A stretch of 16,412 nucleotides of DNA from Verrucomicrobiota bacterium (GTDB lineage Bacteria; Verrucomicrobiota; Verrucomicrobiia; Limisphaerales; CANJXF01). This document shows positions 1 to 7,050 of this stretch, piece by piece (position 1 is the first letter of the stretch; each line of letters starts with the position of its first letter). Where the stretch lies: NCBI GenBank assembly GCA_038214755.1, contig JBBQRQ010000111.1, positions 1 to 16,412 of the forward strand. The letters run 5' to 3'. Under the pieces are notes generated by a model. The model saw nothing but the letters and a program-made list of their open reading frames with translations. It did not search any database and was not told the origin of the DNA. The translations under genes were made by a program, and so were the position numbers.

Positions 1-193
1 CGTTGAATCGTTAAATCGTTGAATCGTTAAATCGTTGAATCGTTAAATCGTTGAATCGTTAAATCGTTGAATCGTTAAATCGTTGAATCGTTAAATCGTT
101 GAATCGTTAAATCGTTGAATCGTTGAATCGTTGAATGGTTAACGCGGGAGTCACTCAGCCGATTTAACAATTTATCGATTCAACGATTCAACG
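1..193. repeat. Octamer tandem array (CGTTGAAT/CGTTAAAT, 17 units at 1-136) with a 4-unit inverted copy at 162-193
   Basis: Read directly from sequence. The two octamers alternate strictly over 1-120, followed by two more CGTTGAAT. Positions 162-193 read ATTTAACA ATTTATCG ATTCAACG ATTCAACG, the reverse complement of the units with 2 mismatches. Stop codons occur in all frames. The array is truncated by the window start. Confidence 0.95.
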
Positions 194-196
194 GAT

Positions 197-676
197 TTAA
201 AGCGGTTTGATTTTAAATAGTGGCTGGCCAAACTCGACCGGCTTGGCGTTCTCGACGAGTATCTGGGTGATCACGCCCCTGACTTCGGCCTTGATTTCGT
301 TCATCACCTTCATCGCTTCAATCAGGCAGACGACCGTCTCCGGATTCACTTCCGACCCGATCTCAACGTATTCGTCGGACTCAGGCGAGGGGGAGCGATA
401 AAAAGTTCCAATCATCGGTGATTTGATTTCCATCGTGCCATTGGCGGCGGGCGATGATGGATCGATGGCGCTGACGGATGGTAAAAGCGCAGCAGCGGTG
501 GAATTTGTCGGAGGGCGGAGGGCGTAAGTGATTGCCGGATTATCTTCCAGCGCGGTCGCCATCCCAGCCTGGCCCCGCTTCAACTTGATTTTGAAATCCT
601 GCTTTTCCAGTTCAAACTCTGAAAGGGAATTTTTTTTCATCAAATCAATGATGGCTTTGATGTCTTTTAAATCCAC
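197..676 (-). CDS. accB: Acetyl-CoA carboxylase biotin carboxyl carrier protein
   Basis: N-terminus MDLKDIKAIIDLM, an Ala/Pro-rich linker, IKSPMIGTFYRSPSP, biotinylation motif EAMKVMNEI and C-terminal PVEFGQPLF. GTG start preceded by a GGAGGG RBS. Confidence 0.97.
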   Translation of the reverse strand: MDLKDIKAIIDLMKKNSLSEFELEKQDFKIKLKRGQAGMATALEDNPAITYALRPPTNSTAAALLPSVSAIDPSSPAANGTMEIKSPMIGTFYRSPSPESDEYVEIGSEVNPETVVCLIEAMKVMNEIKAEVRGVITQILVENAKPVEFGQPLFKIKPL

Positions 677-731
677 GATCCCTCCCGGTTGAAAACGAAC
701 TTTGCCAATATTTTTCCCTCATTCATTAAGC

Positions 732-763
732 AAAAAAGCAGCAGTCGAATTCGACTCTGCTTT
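732..763 (-). promoter_or_regulatory. Imperfect palindrome with a T6 tract in the predicted accB leader (operator or intrinsic terminator/attenuator)
   Basis: The plus strand reads AAAGCAG-C-AGTCGAATTCGACT-CTGCTTT, with a perfect 14-bp palindromic core. On the minus strand the stem ends in TTTTTT. Confidence 0.5.
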
Positions 764-788
764 AGACAAAAATTATAAATGCTTGCGG

Positions 789-817
789 ACACTAAGCCTC
801 TGAAAATTTTGAGTCAA
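789..817 (-). promoter_or_regulatory. Putative sigma70 promoter for accB
   Basis: Minus strand TTGACT (817-812), 17-bp spacer, TAGTGT (794-789), located in the aroQ-accB intergenic region. Confidence 0.6.
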
Positions 818-892
818 GGGGTAAAATCCCGGTTAAAACAAATTTTATCCAGCCGTTAAAAAGCCCGATGCAGAGTGAATTTTCTGCCCAGA

Positions 893-1327
893 TTACATTT
901 CGTTAACGCTAACAGCCGCTTCCAGCGCCAAAAGGTAAGAATACGCTCCAAAGCCGGAAATCTGCCCTCGGCAAACCGGCGCGATGAGAGATTTGTGCCG
1001 AAATTCTTCTCGCGCCTGGATGTTGGAGAGATGCGTTTCAATGGTGGGAACGCCAGCCGCCACAATCGCATCACGCAACGCCACACTGGTATGGGTGTAA
1101 CCCGCCGCGTTTAAAACAATGGCATCAAAAATTCCTCGAGCTTGCTGAATCCAACTGACCAATTCCCCCTCCAGATTTGATTGGCGAAAATCAATTTCCA
1201 CCTTCAACTTTTCCGCGCGATGACGGACCTTCGCCTCAATCTCCGTCAATGAAGTCGTCCCATAAACGCCGGGTTCGCGTTGTCCGAGCAAGTTGAGGTT
1301 CGGCCCATTGAGGAAGAGAATTTTCAT
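893..1327 (-). CDS. aroQ: Type II 3-dehydroquinate dehydratase
   Basis: Motifs LNGPNLNLLGQREPGVYG, QSNLEGELV, NAAGYTHTSVALRDA and ETHLSNIQAREEFRHKS. The likely start is MKILFL at 1327; the longer ORF-track extension overlaps the upstream gene and a repeat. aroQ-accB adjacency is common. Confidence 0.97.
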   Translation of the reverse strand: MKILFLNGPNLNLLGQREPGVYGTTSLTEIEAKVRHRAEKLKVEIDFRQSNLEGELVSWIQQARGIFDAIVLNAAGYTHTSVALRDAIVAAGVPTIETHLSNIQAREEFRHKSLIAPVCRGQISGFGAYSYLLALEAAVSVNEM

Positions 1328-1444
1328 TTTTAGAATTCGGAATTTATTGGGATAGCCATTTCGTGTCGATGCGTTTTCTTCTCCATTCATCCGCTCAGTC
1401 GAATCCACTAAATTGCAGGTTTCAAATCTGCGGACAAATCTGCA

Positions 1445-1520
1445 ACGGAGCGCCGATCTCCTGATCGGCTCGCGAAAAATGTGAAGCGTTCCAATGCCGA
1501 TCAGGAGATCGGCGTTCCGT
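1445..1520. repeat. REP-like doublet (inverted 25-bp arms, 26-bp spacer)
   Basis: Arms are ACGGAGCGCCGATCTCCTGATCGGC (1445-1469) and GCCGATCAGGAGATCGGCGTTCCGT (1496-1520), with 1 mismatch. Each arm carries its own hairpin GCCGATC-TCCT-GATCGGC after a GGAG-type foot. Confidence 0.85.
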
Positions 1521-1554
1521 AATTTTGCCAGAAATTGAGATGCGTCCAATCCCC

Positions 1555-2871
1555 TCATCCATTGATTCGTTTCCCGCCCAGCCAGCCCAGCAGAAAAAAA
1601 ACAGGCCACGCGATCGCGGGAATATAAAAATTAAACTCAACCAGCGAATGAAGGGCGACCCCCAACAATCCCAGCCAAACGAAAAAGCGGATTGAGTTTT
1701 CCCGGTTAAAAGCCGGACGGAAAACAGCGATGCTGCCGAAGATCAAAGCGGTAAAACTGAGAAATCCAATCAGTCCGGAGTCAGACGCCTGTTCGAGATA
1801 ATCATTGTGACAAAGCCGGGCCATTTCCGATTCCGGTTTTTTGAGCCGTTGATAGGGAATAAAAAACGTGCCCGGCCCCGTTCCCAACCAAGGGTGTTGC
1901 CTGGTGATTTCTACGGCGGCACGCCAATAATCAAAACGTGCTACGACGCTGGTTGCCCCGCGTTGAAAAAAGTCGGCATATTTTAGAGCGAATCCGCCCA
2001 GACCGACGATCAACAAACCGATGACTAAACCTTTTTTCAGAACCGGGCTGAATGAAAGTTGCAACAAAGTCACGAAGCCGAGCAGCATCGCGAGCAGCCA
2101 GCCCGATTTTGAGCCAGACCAAAAAAGACAGCCCATCCCTCCTGCCGCGAGCAAGCCAACCAAAAAACAGCGAGTCACAAAAGTCAGTCGCGATGTGAGC
2201 GTCCAAATCCCGCCGAGCGAAATGGGGAGGAAAAGCAGAATGGCGGCGGCAAGGGTGTTTGGATAAAAGAGCGTCGAGTAAATTCGATTACTCGAAACTT
2301 TTTTTATAAATTCCGGCGGGTATTCCCGCCAATTCGGCTGTTGATAAAAAAATTGGCGGGTTTCTTCCAGCCCGCCGAAATGCTGTTGCCAGCCCCCCAA
2401 AATAACCAGGCCAAAACCGACCAGCAGCGCGATCAATAACGGTCGAAAATTTGTGATCTGACTCAAGCAAAACCAGCCGAGATAAAAACAAACCACGCAC
2501 ACCGTAAAATGTTTGAGCGTCAGTTGAGTTAAATTTGCATCGACCGTTTTGGTTGCGGAAATAAATTGCCAGGTCAACCAAATGAAAGGGAGCAACAACG
2601 CGAAAGCCGACACTTGTCCCACCTTGAGATTGAGTTTGCCAACTTTCAAACCGATCAGCGTAAGAAGGACGATGAGGACGTATCCCCACCTTGCCGGCCA
2701 TGGTTGGAAAATGATTTCGTAGATGTCGGTGGGAACCAAAATCAATTTCTCGAAAATCACCGGGTTGCCGAACTTCAAGAGTGAAACCGCGAAAAAAATC
2801 CCCGTCAGGCAGGCCAACAAATCCGTCCAAATGGTTGTTTCGGCAGCGGCGCGGTTGGAAGTTTTAGCCAT
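1555..2871 (-). CDS. O-antigen ligase (Wzy_C/WaaL-like) family integral membrane protein
   Basis: Many hydrophobic segments plus RIYSTLFYPNTLA, SGSKSGWL, R..YW...HPWLGTGPGTF and HNDYLEQASDSGLIG, which are typical of the family. Confidence 0.9.
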   Translation of the reverse strand: MAKTSNRAAAETTIWTDLLACLTGIFFAVSLLKFGNPVIFEKLILVPTDIYEIIFQPWPARWGYVLIVLLTLIGLKVGKLNLKVGQVSAFALLLPFIWLTWQFISATKTVDANLTQLTLKHFTVCVVCFYLGWFCLSQITNFRPLLIALLVGFGLVILGGWQQHFGGLEETRQFFYQQPNWREYPPEFIKKVSSNRIYSTLFYPNTLAAAILLFLPISLGGIWTLTSRLTFVTRCFLVGLLAAGGMGCLFWSGSKSGWLLAMLLGFVTLLQLSFSPVLKKGLVIGLLIVGLGGFALKYADFFQRGATSVVARFDYWRAAVEITRQHPWLGTGPGTFFIPYQRLKKPESEMARLCHNDYLEQASDSGLIGFLSFTALIFGSIAVFRPAFNRENSIRFFVWLGLLGVALHSLVEFNFYIPAIAWPVFFLLGWLGGKRING

Positions 2872-2882
2872 GGCATCCGCCG

Positions 2883-3914
2883 CTATAATTTCAGTTTCAG
2901 GAAACCGACTTCCAGCGCGAGCGCCTCTTGCACATTCGATCCGAGCAAGTATTGAGTCTGCTCAACGATCTGTAAATTTTCGACAGCGTCCGCCGAAGAA
3001 ATTCGTTTCGCCACTCTCTGCGCGGCGGTTTGGAATTGCGGAAAAGTCAGCAGTTCATTTCCGACTCGGAGTGTTTGCGACCAGACATCGCGCAACCACC
3101 ATTCCAGCGCGAGCAGCAAGTCGCAGCGGCGTCGGCGATACTCCGCTTCAATCGACGCGGAAAGCTCGTCCTCCCATTTTTCGCGCAGTCTCGCATCCAA
3201 ATCGTCGTAGCGTTCCAGTGGCGAACGCGCCGTCAGTTCTTTTTCCACCGCTTCTTTTTGTTCGGCCAGTTTTTTCATCAATGCGCCCAGCAGACGATAA
3301 CGCCCGAGCAAGCCGCGATTTTCTCTCGCCGCAATTTCGCTGAAACCAGAAAGAAAATCGGTTTCAGTTTCGCCCCAGCGAACGTTTTGCCCGGAAAAAT
3401 TTAAGCGCAGGCAGCGCGAGGAAATCGTTTCCAAAATTCGCTGCGGTTCTGTCGTGAGCAAAATCAATATTGATTTCGGCGGCGGTTCTTCCAGCGTTTT
3501 CAAAAAAGCATTGGCGGCTTCTGTTTTGAGCCGGTCCGCCGCGACGAGCACGCCAACTTTATATTCTGCTTCCGTCGGTTTGAGATTTATCGTTTGCAAC
3601 AAATCGCGCACCTGCTCGATGGAGATGATGCGCGATTTGGATTCCGCGCGCAGCCAGGAAACATCGGGATGAATGCAGTTTTCAATTCGCCGACAACTCG
3701 AACATTGATCGCAGGAATCAAGCGACAAACCGTTGGAAGTTTTGCGCGGAGGATTTTGGCAATTCAAAGTTTTGGCGAGCGTCCGGGCGACCGCTTCAAG
3801 CTCGTCGAGATCGTTGCCAGAAAATAAATAGGCATGAGCCAATCGCCCGCGCTCCAAACTTCGTTGCAGCAGTTGGACGACGCGGTCTTGCTCTGGAAAA
3901 TCGGCAAACGACAT
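2883..3914 (-). CDS. holB: DNA polymerase III subunit delta'
   Basis: RLAHAYLFSG with a degenerate Walker A, Zn motif CDQCSSC, HPDV, AANAFLKTLEEPP and TISSRC. Confidence 0.92.
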   Translation of the reverse strand: MSFADFPEQDRVVQLLQRSLERGRLAHAYLFSGNDLDELEAVARTLAKTLNCQNPPRKTSNGLSLDSCDQCSSCRRIENCIHPDVSWLRAESKSRIISIEQVRDLLQTINLKPTEAEYKVGVLVAADRLKTEAANAFLKTLEEPPPKSILILLTTEPQRILETISSRCLRLNFSGQNVRWGETETDFLSGFSEIAARENRGLLGRYRLLGALMKKLAEQKEAVEKELTARSPLERYDDLDARLREKWEDELSASIEAEYRRRRCDLLLALEWWLRDVWSQTLRVGNELLTFPQFQTAAQRVAKRISSADAVENLQIVEQTQYLLGSNVQEALALEVGFLKLKL

Positions 3915-3916
3915 GG

Positions 3917-4330
3917 TCAGGCCTGGGCTTCTTCGGCCTTGGGCATTTCTTTGACCGAGAGCGAAATGCTCGCTTCGTGTTGGCCGTCGGCGGCAATTTC
4001 AATCGCGTAAAGTCCGGCGGTTTCAAACTTCAACTGCTGAATATTCAAAACAAAATTGCGCGAAATAAAAGTGGCGTCGCCAGGCAAAACAACTTCAACG
4101 GGAATATCAATCGGCGGCATGATGGATTGCCCGTCTTCATCGACGAGATTGATTTTCAACGTGTGATTGCCCTCCTCCATTTTCGTGTAGGCGACGCGCA
4201 GGGCGACGGAACATTGCGGATGGCACGCGGGAAATTGCTGGGAAAAAATCGTGTCGAACGTGCCGAGAATGTTCAGCTTGCCTTGATAGTCGGTGGCCGC
4301 GTCGCACAGAACTGCCAGTTGAATCGTCAT
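3917..4330 (-). CDS. Conserved hypothetical protein, DUF6941-like
   Basis: LCDAA...GKLNILGTFD N-terminus and F..AGLYAIEI..DG C-terminus resemble this family as I recall it. ATG at 4330 is preferred over the ORF-track start. It ends 2 bp before the holB start. Confidence 0.75.
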   Translation of the reverse strand: MTIQLAVLCDAATDYQGKLNILGTFDTIFSQQFPACHPQCSVALRVAYTKMEEGNHTLKINLVDEDGQSIMPPIDIPVEVVLPGDATFISRNFVLNIQQLKFETAGLYAIEIAADGQHEASISLSVKEMPKAEEAQA

Positions 4331-4498
4331 TGGAGGGGAATGTAGAACATCGGCAATTTTATTCAGCAACAATTTCCGCGGGCGCGAAATTTGTTTCATC
4401 TGGCGCAGTGGAATTTCCCGATAGTTTTTCCTGTTGCCTGTCCCGGCGAGCGCAGTACGATAGCCGCACACATGATGGAGACAAAAAAGAGCAGGGCT

Positions 4499-4876
4499 AT
4501 GGAAACTCATCTCTACGATTTTCATCTCAGGGTTTTGCTTTACGAGGAAGATGGTGAATGGGTGGCCCACGCGCTGGAAATGGATTTATTAGGTTACGGC
4601 AAAACAGAGAATGCAGCGGTCAAAGACCTTCAAGGTTTGGTCGAGGCGCAACTCTCCTTTGCCCGCCAGAAGAATGACGACACATTGCTGGCCTTTCCTG
4701 CTCCAAAAGAATTCTTCGATCGCTGGGAAATTGCCCATACTGCCGCGTTGAAAAAACAAGTGTTCCCCGACAGGTCAGCCAAACTCGAAGCCAGGGCGAT
4801 CTTCATCTCGCTCAACACGAGCTTGCGAAACATGGAAAAAATTTCACGGCGGAAATTCGAGCCGGTCACCGGATAA
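4499..4876 (+). CDS. HicB-like antitoxin (partial RNase H fold)
   Basis: LLYEEDGEWVAHALEMDLLGYGKTENAAVKDL matches the HicB beta-beta-beta-G.T..A-helix pattern. It lies directly upstream of a HicA-like gene. Alternative starts at 4472 or 4475. Confidence 0.75.
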   Translation: METHLYDFHLRVLLYEEDGEWVAHALEMDLLGYGKTENAAVKDLQGLVEAQLSFARQKNDDTLLAFPAPKEFFDRWEIAHTAALKKQVFPDRSAKLEARAIFISLNTSLRNMEKISRRKFEPVTG

Positions 4877-4879
4877 GTT

Positions 4880-5113
4880 GTGCCTGGACCCCAAAAGCCC
4901 GATCACGTATTTCGTGTTTTAAGAGAGCACGATCGACGCTTTCAGATTTTGGCAAATCGCGGGAAAGGTTCTCACCGGATTAGTTTTCATCCTGACATAA
5001 ACGGCCGCTCTGCTTCCATGCCGATGACCTATCACAAAGGACACGACATCGGAAAAGGGCTTTTGAAGGCGCTCGTTCGGAGGTTCAACTTACCTCCAAA
5101 AATATTTGGATGA
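4880..5113 (+). CDS. HicA-family toxin (mRNA interferase)
   Basis: Basic 77-aa protein with GKGSH, a beta-strand region and H.GHDIGKGLLKALVR. GTG start 3 bp after the upstream stop. Confidence 0.85.
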   Translation: MPGPQKPDHVFRVLREHDRRFQILANRGKGSHRISFHPDINGRSASMPMTYHKGHDIGKGLLKALVRRFNLPPKIFG

Positions 5114-5148
5114 GAAGCGGTGAACCCGGAAAAACTAACAAACTTTTT

Positions 5149-6111
5149 ATGCGAGTGGGCGTTTTGTGCGGGAGCGACGTTTCGGAAATCGAGTGGGCGC
5201 AACGCCTAGGCTTCCGCTCCGTGGCGTTGATGCGTTTTGCCGAGAGCCTCATGGCCCCGCCGCAGCAAAATTGGAAACCGTTGGCTGAACAACTCGCTGC
5301 CGAAGCCAAGTCGCGCGACATCCGCATCTCGGCCATTGGCGCGTTCTACAAAAATGCGCTCGACCCGAAACAAACCGAAACTGCCCGGGCCATTGTTCGG
5401 CGGGCGATTGAAGTCGCATCACACATCGGCGTGAAAACCATTTGCGGATTTGCCGGCGCGGTCATCGAAACGCAGATCAATGAACGCGGCGGCAATCCGG
5501 TTTACAAACCATTTGAAAATTTTCTCCCGCAACTTCTTTCCTTCTGGTTTCCGCTCGCGCAATACGCCGCCGATCATGGCGTGCGCATCGCCTTTGAAAA
5601 TTGTCCGCAAGGCTCGTGGCATCTCCCGATTGACGGCTACAATATGTTCGCGCAACCCGCGATTTGGGAGCGGGTGTTCAACACCGCAGGGTCGGAAAAT
5701 ATCGGCATCGAATGGGACGCGAGCCATTTGATCTGTCAATTCATCGACCCGCTTGAAAACCTCCGGCGATTCGGCTCGCACATTTTTCACGTGCACGCGA
5801 AGGATGCTTACATCAACCGACAGTTGCTGGAAGTTTACGGAATTTGTCATCCCGGCGTGGCGGAACATCGAGTGGTTGGAATGGGGCAATCGAACTGGGC
5901 GGAAATCGTCCACGCCCTTTTGCGCGCCGGGTATGATTCAGATTTGAATATCGAAGGCCGCCACGATCCCGTTTTCCGCAACCACGATTCCGCGCAACCC
6001 GACGACGTGAAATCTCACGGCGCAAACCGTCAACAAGGTCAAAAGCTTGAAGAAGCCGGATTACTCATCGCGAAAAAAACTCTGGAGCAATACACGGCAG
6101 GCACCGAGTAA
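5149..6111 (+). CDS. Sugar phosphate isomerase/epimerase (xylose-isomerase-like TIM barrel)
   Basis: Metal-ligand motifs IAFENCP, GIEWDASH, FHVHAKD and LNIEG, plus GMGQSNW. An alternative start at 5110 overlaps the hicA stop (ATGA). Confidence 0.9.
   Translation: MRVGVLCGSDVSEIEWAQRLGFRSVALMRFAESLMAPPQQNWKPLAEQLAAEAKSRDIRISAIGAFYKNALDPKQTETARAIVRRAIEVASHIGVKTICGFAGAVIETQINERGGNPVYKPFENFLPQLLSFWFPLAQYAADHGVRIAFENCPQGSWHLPIDGYNMFAQPAIWERVFNTAGSENIGIEWDASHLICQFIDPLENLRRFGSHIFHVHAKDAYINRQLLEVYGICHPGVAEHRVVGMGQSNWAEIVHALLRAGYDSDLNIEGRHDPVFRNHDSAQPDDVKSHGANRQQGQKLEEAGLLIAKKTLEQYTAGTE
6044..6111 (+). repeat. Direct repeat copy 1: functional 3' end of the isomerase gene
   Basis: Manual alignment to 6897-6966 gives 58/68 identical positions plus a 2-bp indel. 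Confidence 0.9.
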
Positions 6112-6134
6112 GGTCTCGGCGTGCCGAACTTAAA

Positions 6135-6163
6135 TTGCTTACACAAGGACAACCCGGTAATTT
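6135..6163 (+). promoter_or_regulatory. Putative sigma70 promoter of the two-gene cassette
   Basis: TTGCTT (6135-6140), 17-bp spacer, TAATTT (6158-6163). The ATG follows at 6173, implying a nearly leaderless transcript. Confidence 0.4.
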
Positions 6164-6172
6164 GTTTTTGCG

Positions 6173-6640
6173 ATGACAATGACAGCCACAAGGTCAGCCA
6201 AGATCAGAACAACCAAACCGCAGGCATTCCTTTCACAATCAATGGAGCCGCGGTGGGATGCTATCAGCTATCTTATCGTGGACGAGGAGCCACAGGAAAA
6301 GGCCCAGGAGATCACGGCGTTACTTCTCTACGCCAAAAGCTATATGTTTTTTCACAAGCTTTCCCTGTTTCGGAAAGGCGAAACGGCCCGGCTTTATTTG
6401 AACGAGCCCGGCAAAGCGGACTTGATGTTTCATCGCGCGCTTCTGGGGAAACTAATTGCGGACGGCAAGGAATTAATTAAGCAAATTAAAAAGCACGGTA
6501 TTTCTAGAAACGCCGACGGCTTCACGTTAGCGGACATTGAAGCCACCCTCGAAGAACTCCAGCAAACCGAGCGACAGTGGTACGGAAAGATGCCAGTGCG
6601 ACGGAAACAAGCCATTCTTCACGAGGTTTTCGGTGGCTAG
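6173..6640 (+). CDS. Hypothetical protein (155 aa, probably alpha-helical)
   Basis: Clean ORF filling the gap, with amphipathic-helix-like composition. Its end overlaps the next gene's start by 8 bp. No family recognised. Confidence 0.75.
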   Translation: MTMTATRSAKIRTTKPQAFLSQSMEPRWDAISYLIVDEEPQEKAQEITALLLYAKSYMFFHKLSLFRKGETARLYLNEPGKADLMFHRALLGKLIADGKELIKQIKKHGISRNADGFTLADIEATLEELQQTERQWYGKMPVRRKQAILHEVFGG

Positions 6641-6881
6641 AAATCCCGAGCTGGAAGCAATTCTCGAGGCTCGCTACCACTGGGAAGGGGCCGCACCCTC
6701 CGAGAAAGCAAAATTCCGTGATATTTATTATGGCCTTCTCGATCAGGCTCGCGCCAAACATCACAGCCACGGAATTAAAATAACTCGTGACGAACTCATT
6801 GATGCGATGAGTGATGAATACAAAGATTTTCGCCGTGGTCGTGACCGCGAACTTTCCGCCAAGGTTCATCGCCTTCGTTAA
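6633..6881 (+). CDS. Hypothetical protein (82 aa, charged, basic C-terminus)
   Basis: GTG at 6633 is in frame with ORF 6537..6881 and has a GAGG RBS at 6623-6626. It overlaps the upstream stop, suggesting translational coupling. Sequence begins MARNPELEAILEARYHWE. Confidence 0.7.
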   Translation: MARNPELEAILEARYHWEGAAPSEKAKFRDIYYGLLDQARAKHHSHGIKITRDELIDAMSDEYKDFRRGRDRELSAKVHRLR

Positions 6882-6896
6882 AATTCTAAGTCCAAC

Positions 6897-6966
6897 AGCT
6901 TGAAGAAGCCAGACTGCTCATCGCGAAGAAAACTTTGGAGCGCAATACACTGCGGGAACGGAGTGA
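6897..6966 (+). pseudogene. Direct repeat copy 2: orphaned, frameshifted 3'-end relic of the isomerase gene
   Basis: Encodes LEEARLLIAKKTLE-[+CG]-QYTAGTE*, compared with LEEAGLLIAKKTLEQYTAGTE* in the intact gene. Confidence 0.85.
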
Positions 6967-7050
6967 GCATCGGAGTGAGCCTGCGTCGTCCTCGACCAGC
7001 CGCAATAAAAGAAAACCAGAACCGGACTTCCAGCCTGGACGCCTGCCCCA

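Noticed and set aside
1..136. CRISPR array or telomere-like repeat
   Set aside because: Units are 8/16 bp with no unique spacers and there are no cas genes. The context is an ordinary bacterial operon.
1328..1609. 94-aa N-terminal extension of AroQ from the ORF track
   Set aside because: It overlaps the O-antigen ligase gene end and runs through a REP doublet. The family N-terminus starts at 1327.
4331..4570. N-terminal extensions of the DUF6941-like ORF (to 4570) and the HicB-like ORF (from 4391)
   Set aside because: They would overlap each other head-to-head across the divergent promoter region, and the recognisable domains start later.
6044..6966. Diversity-generating retroelement VR/TR pair
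   Set aside because: Differences are not confined to adenines of one copy and are mostly synonymous. There is no reverse transcriptase in the window.
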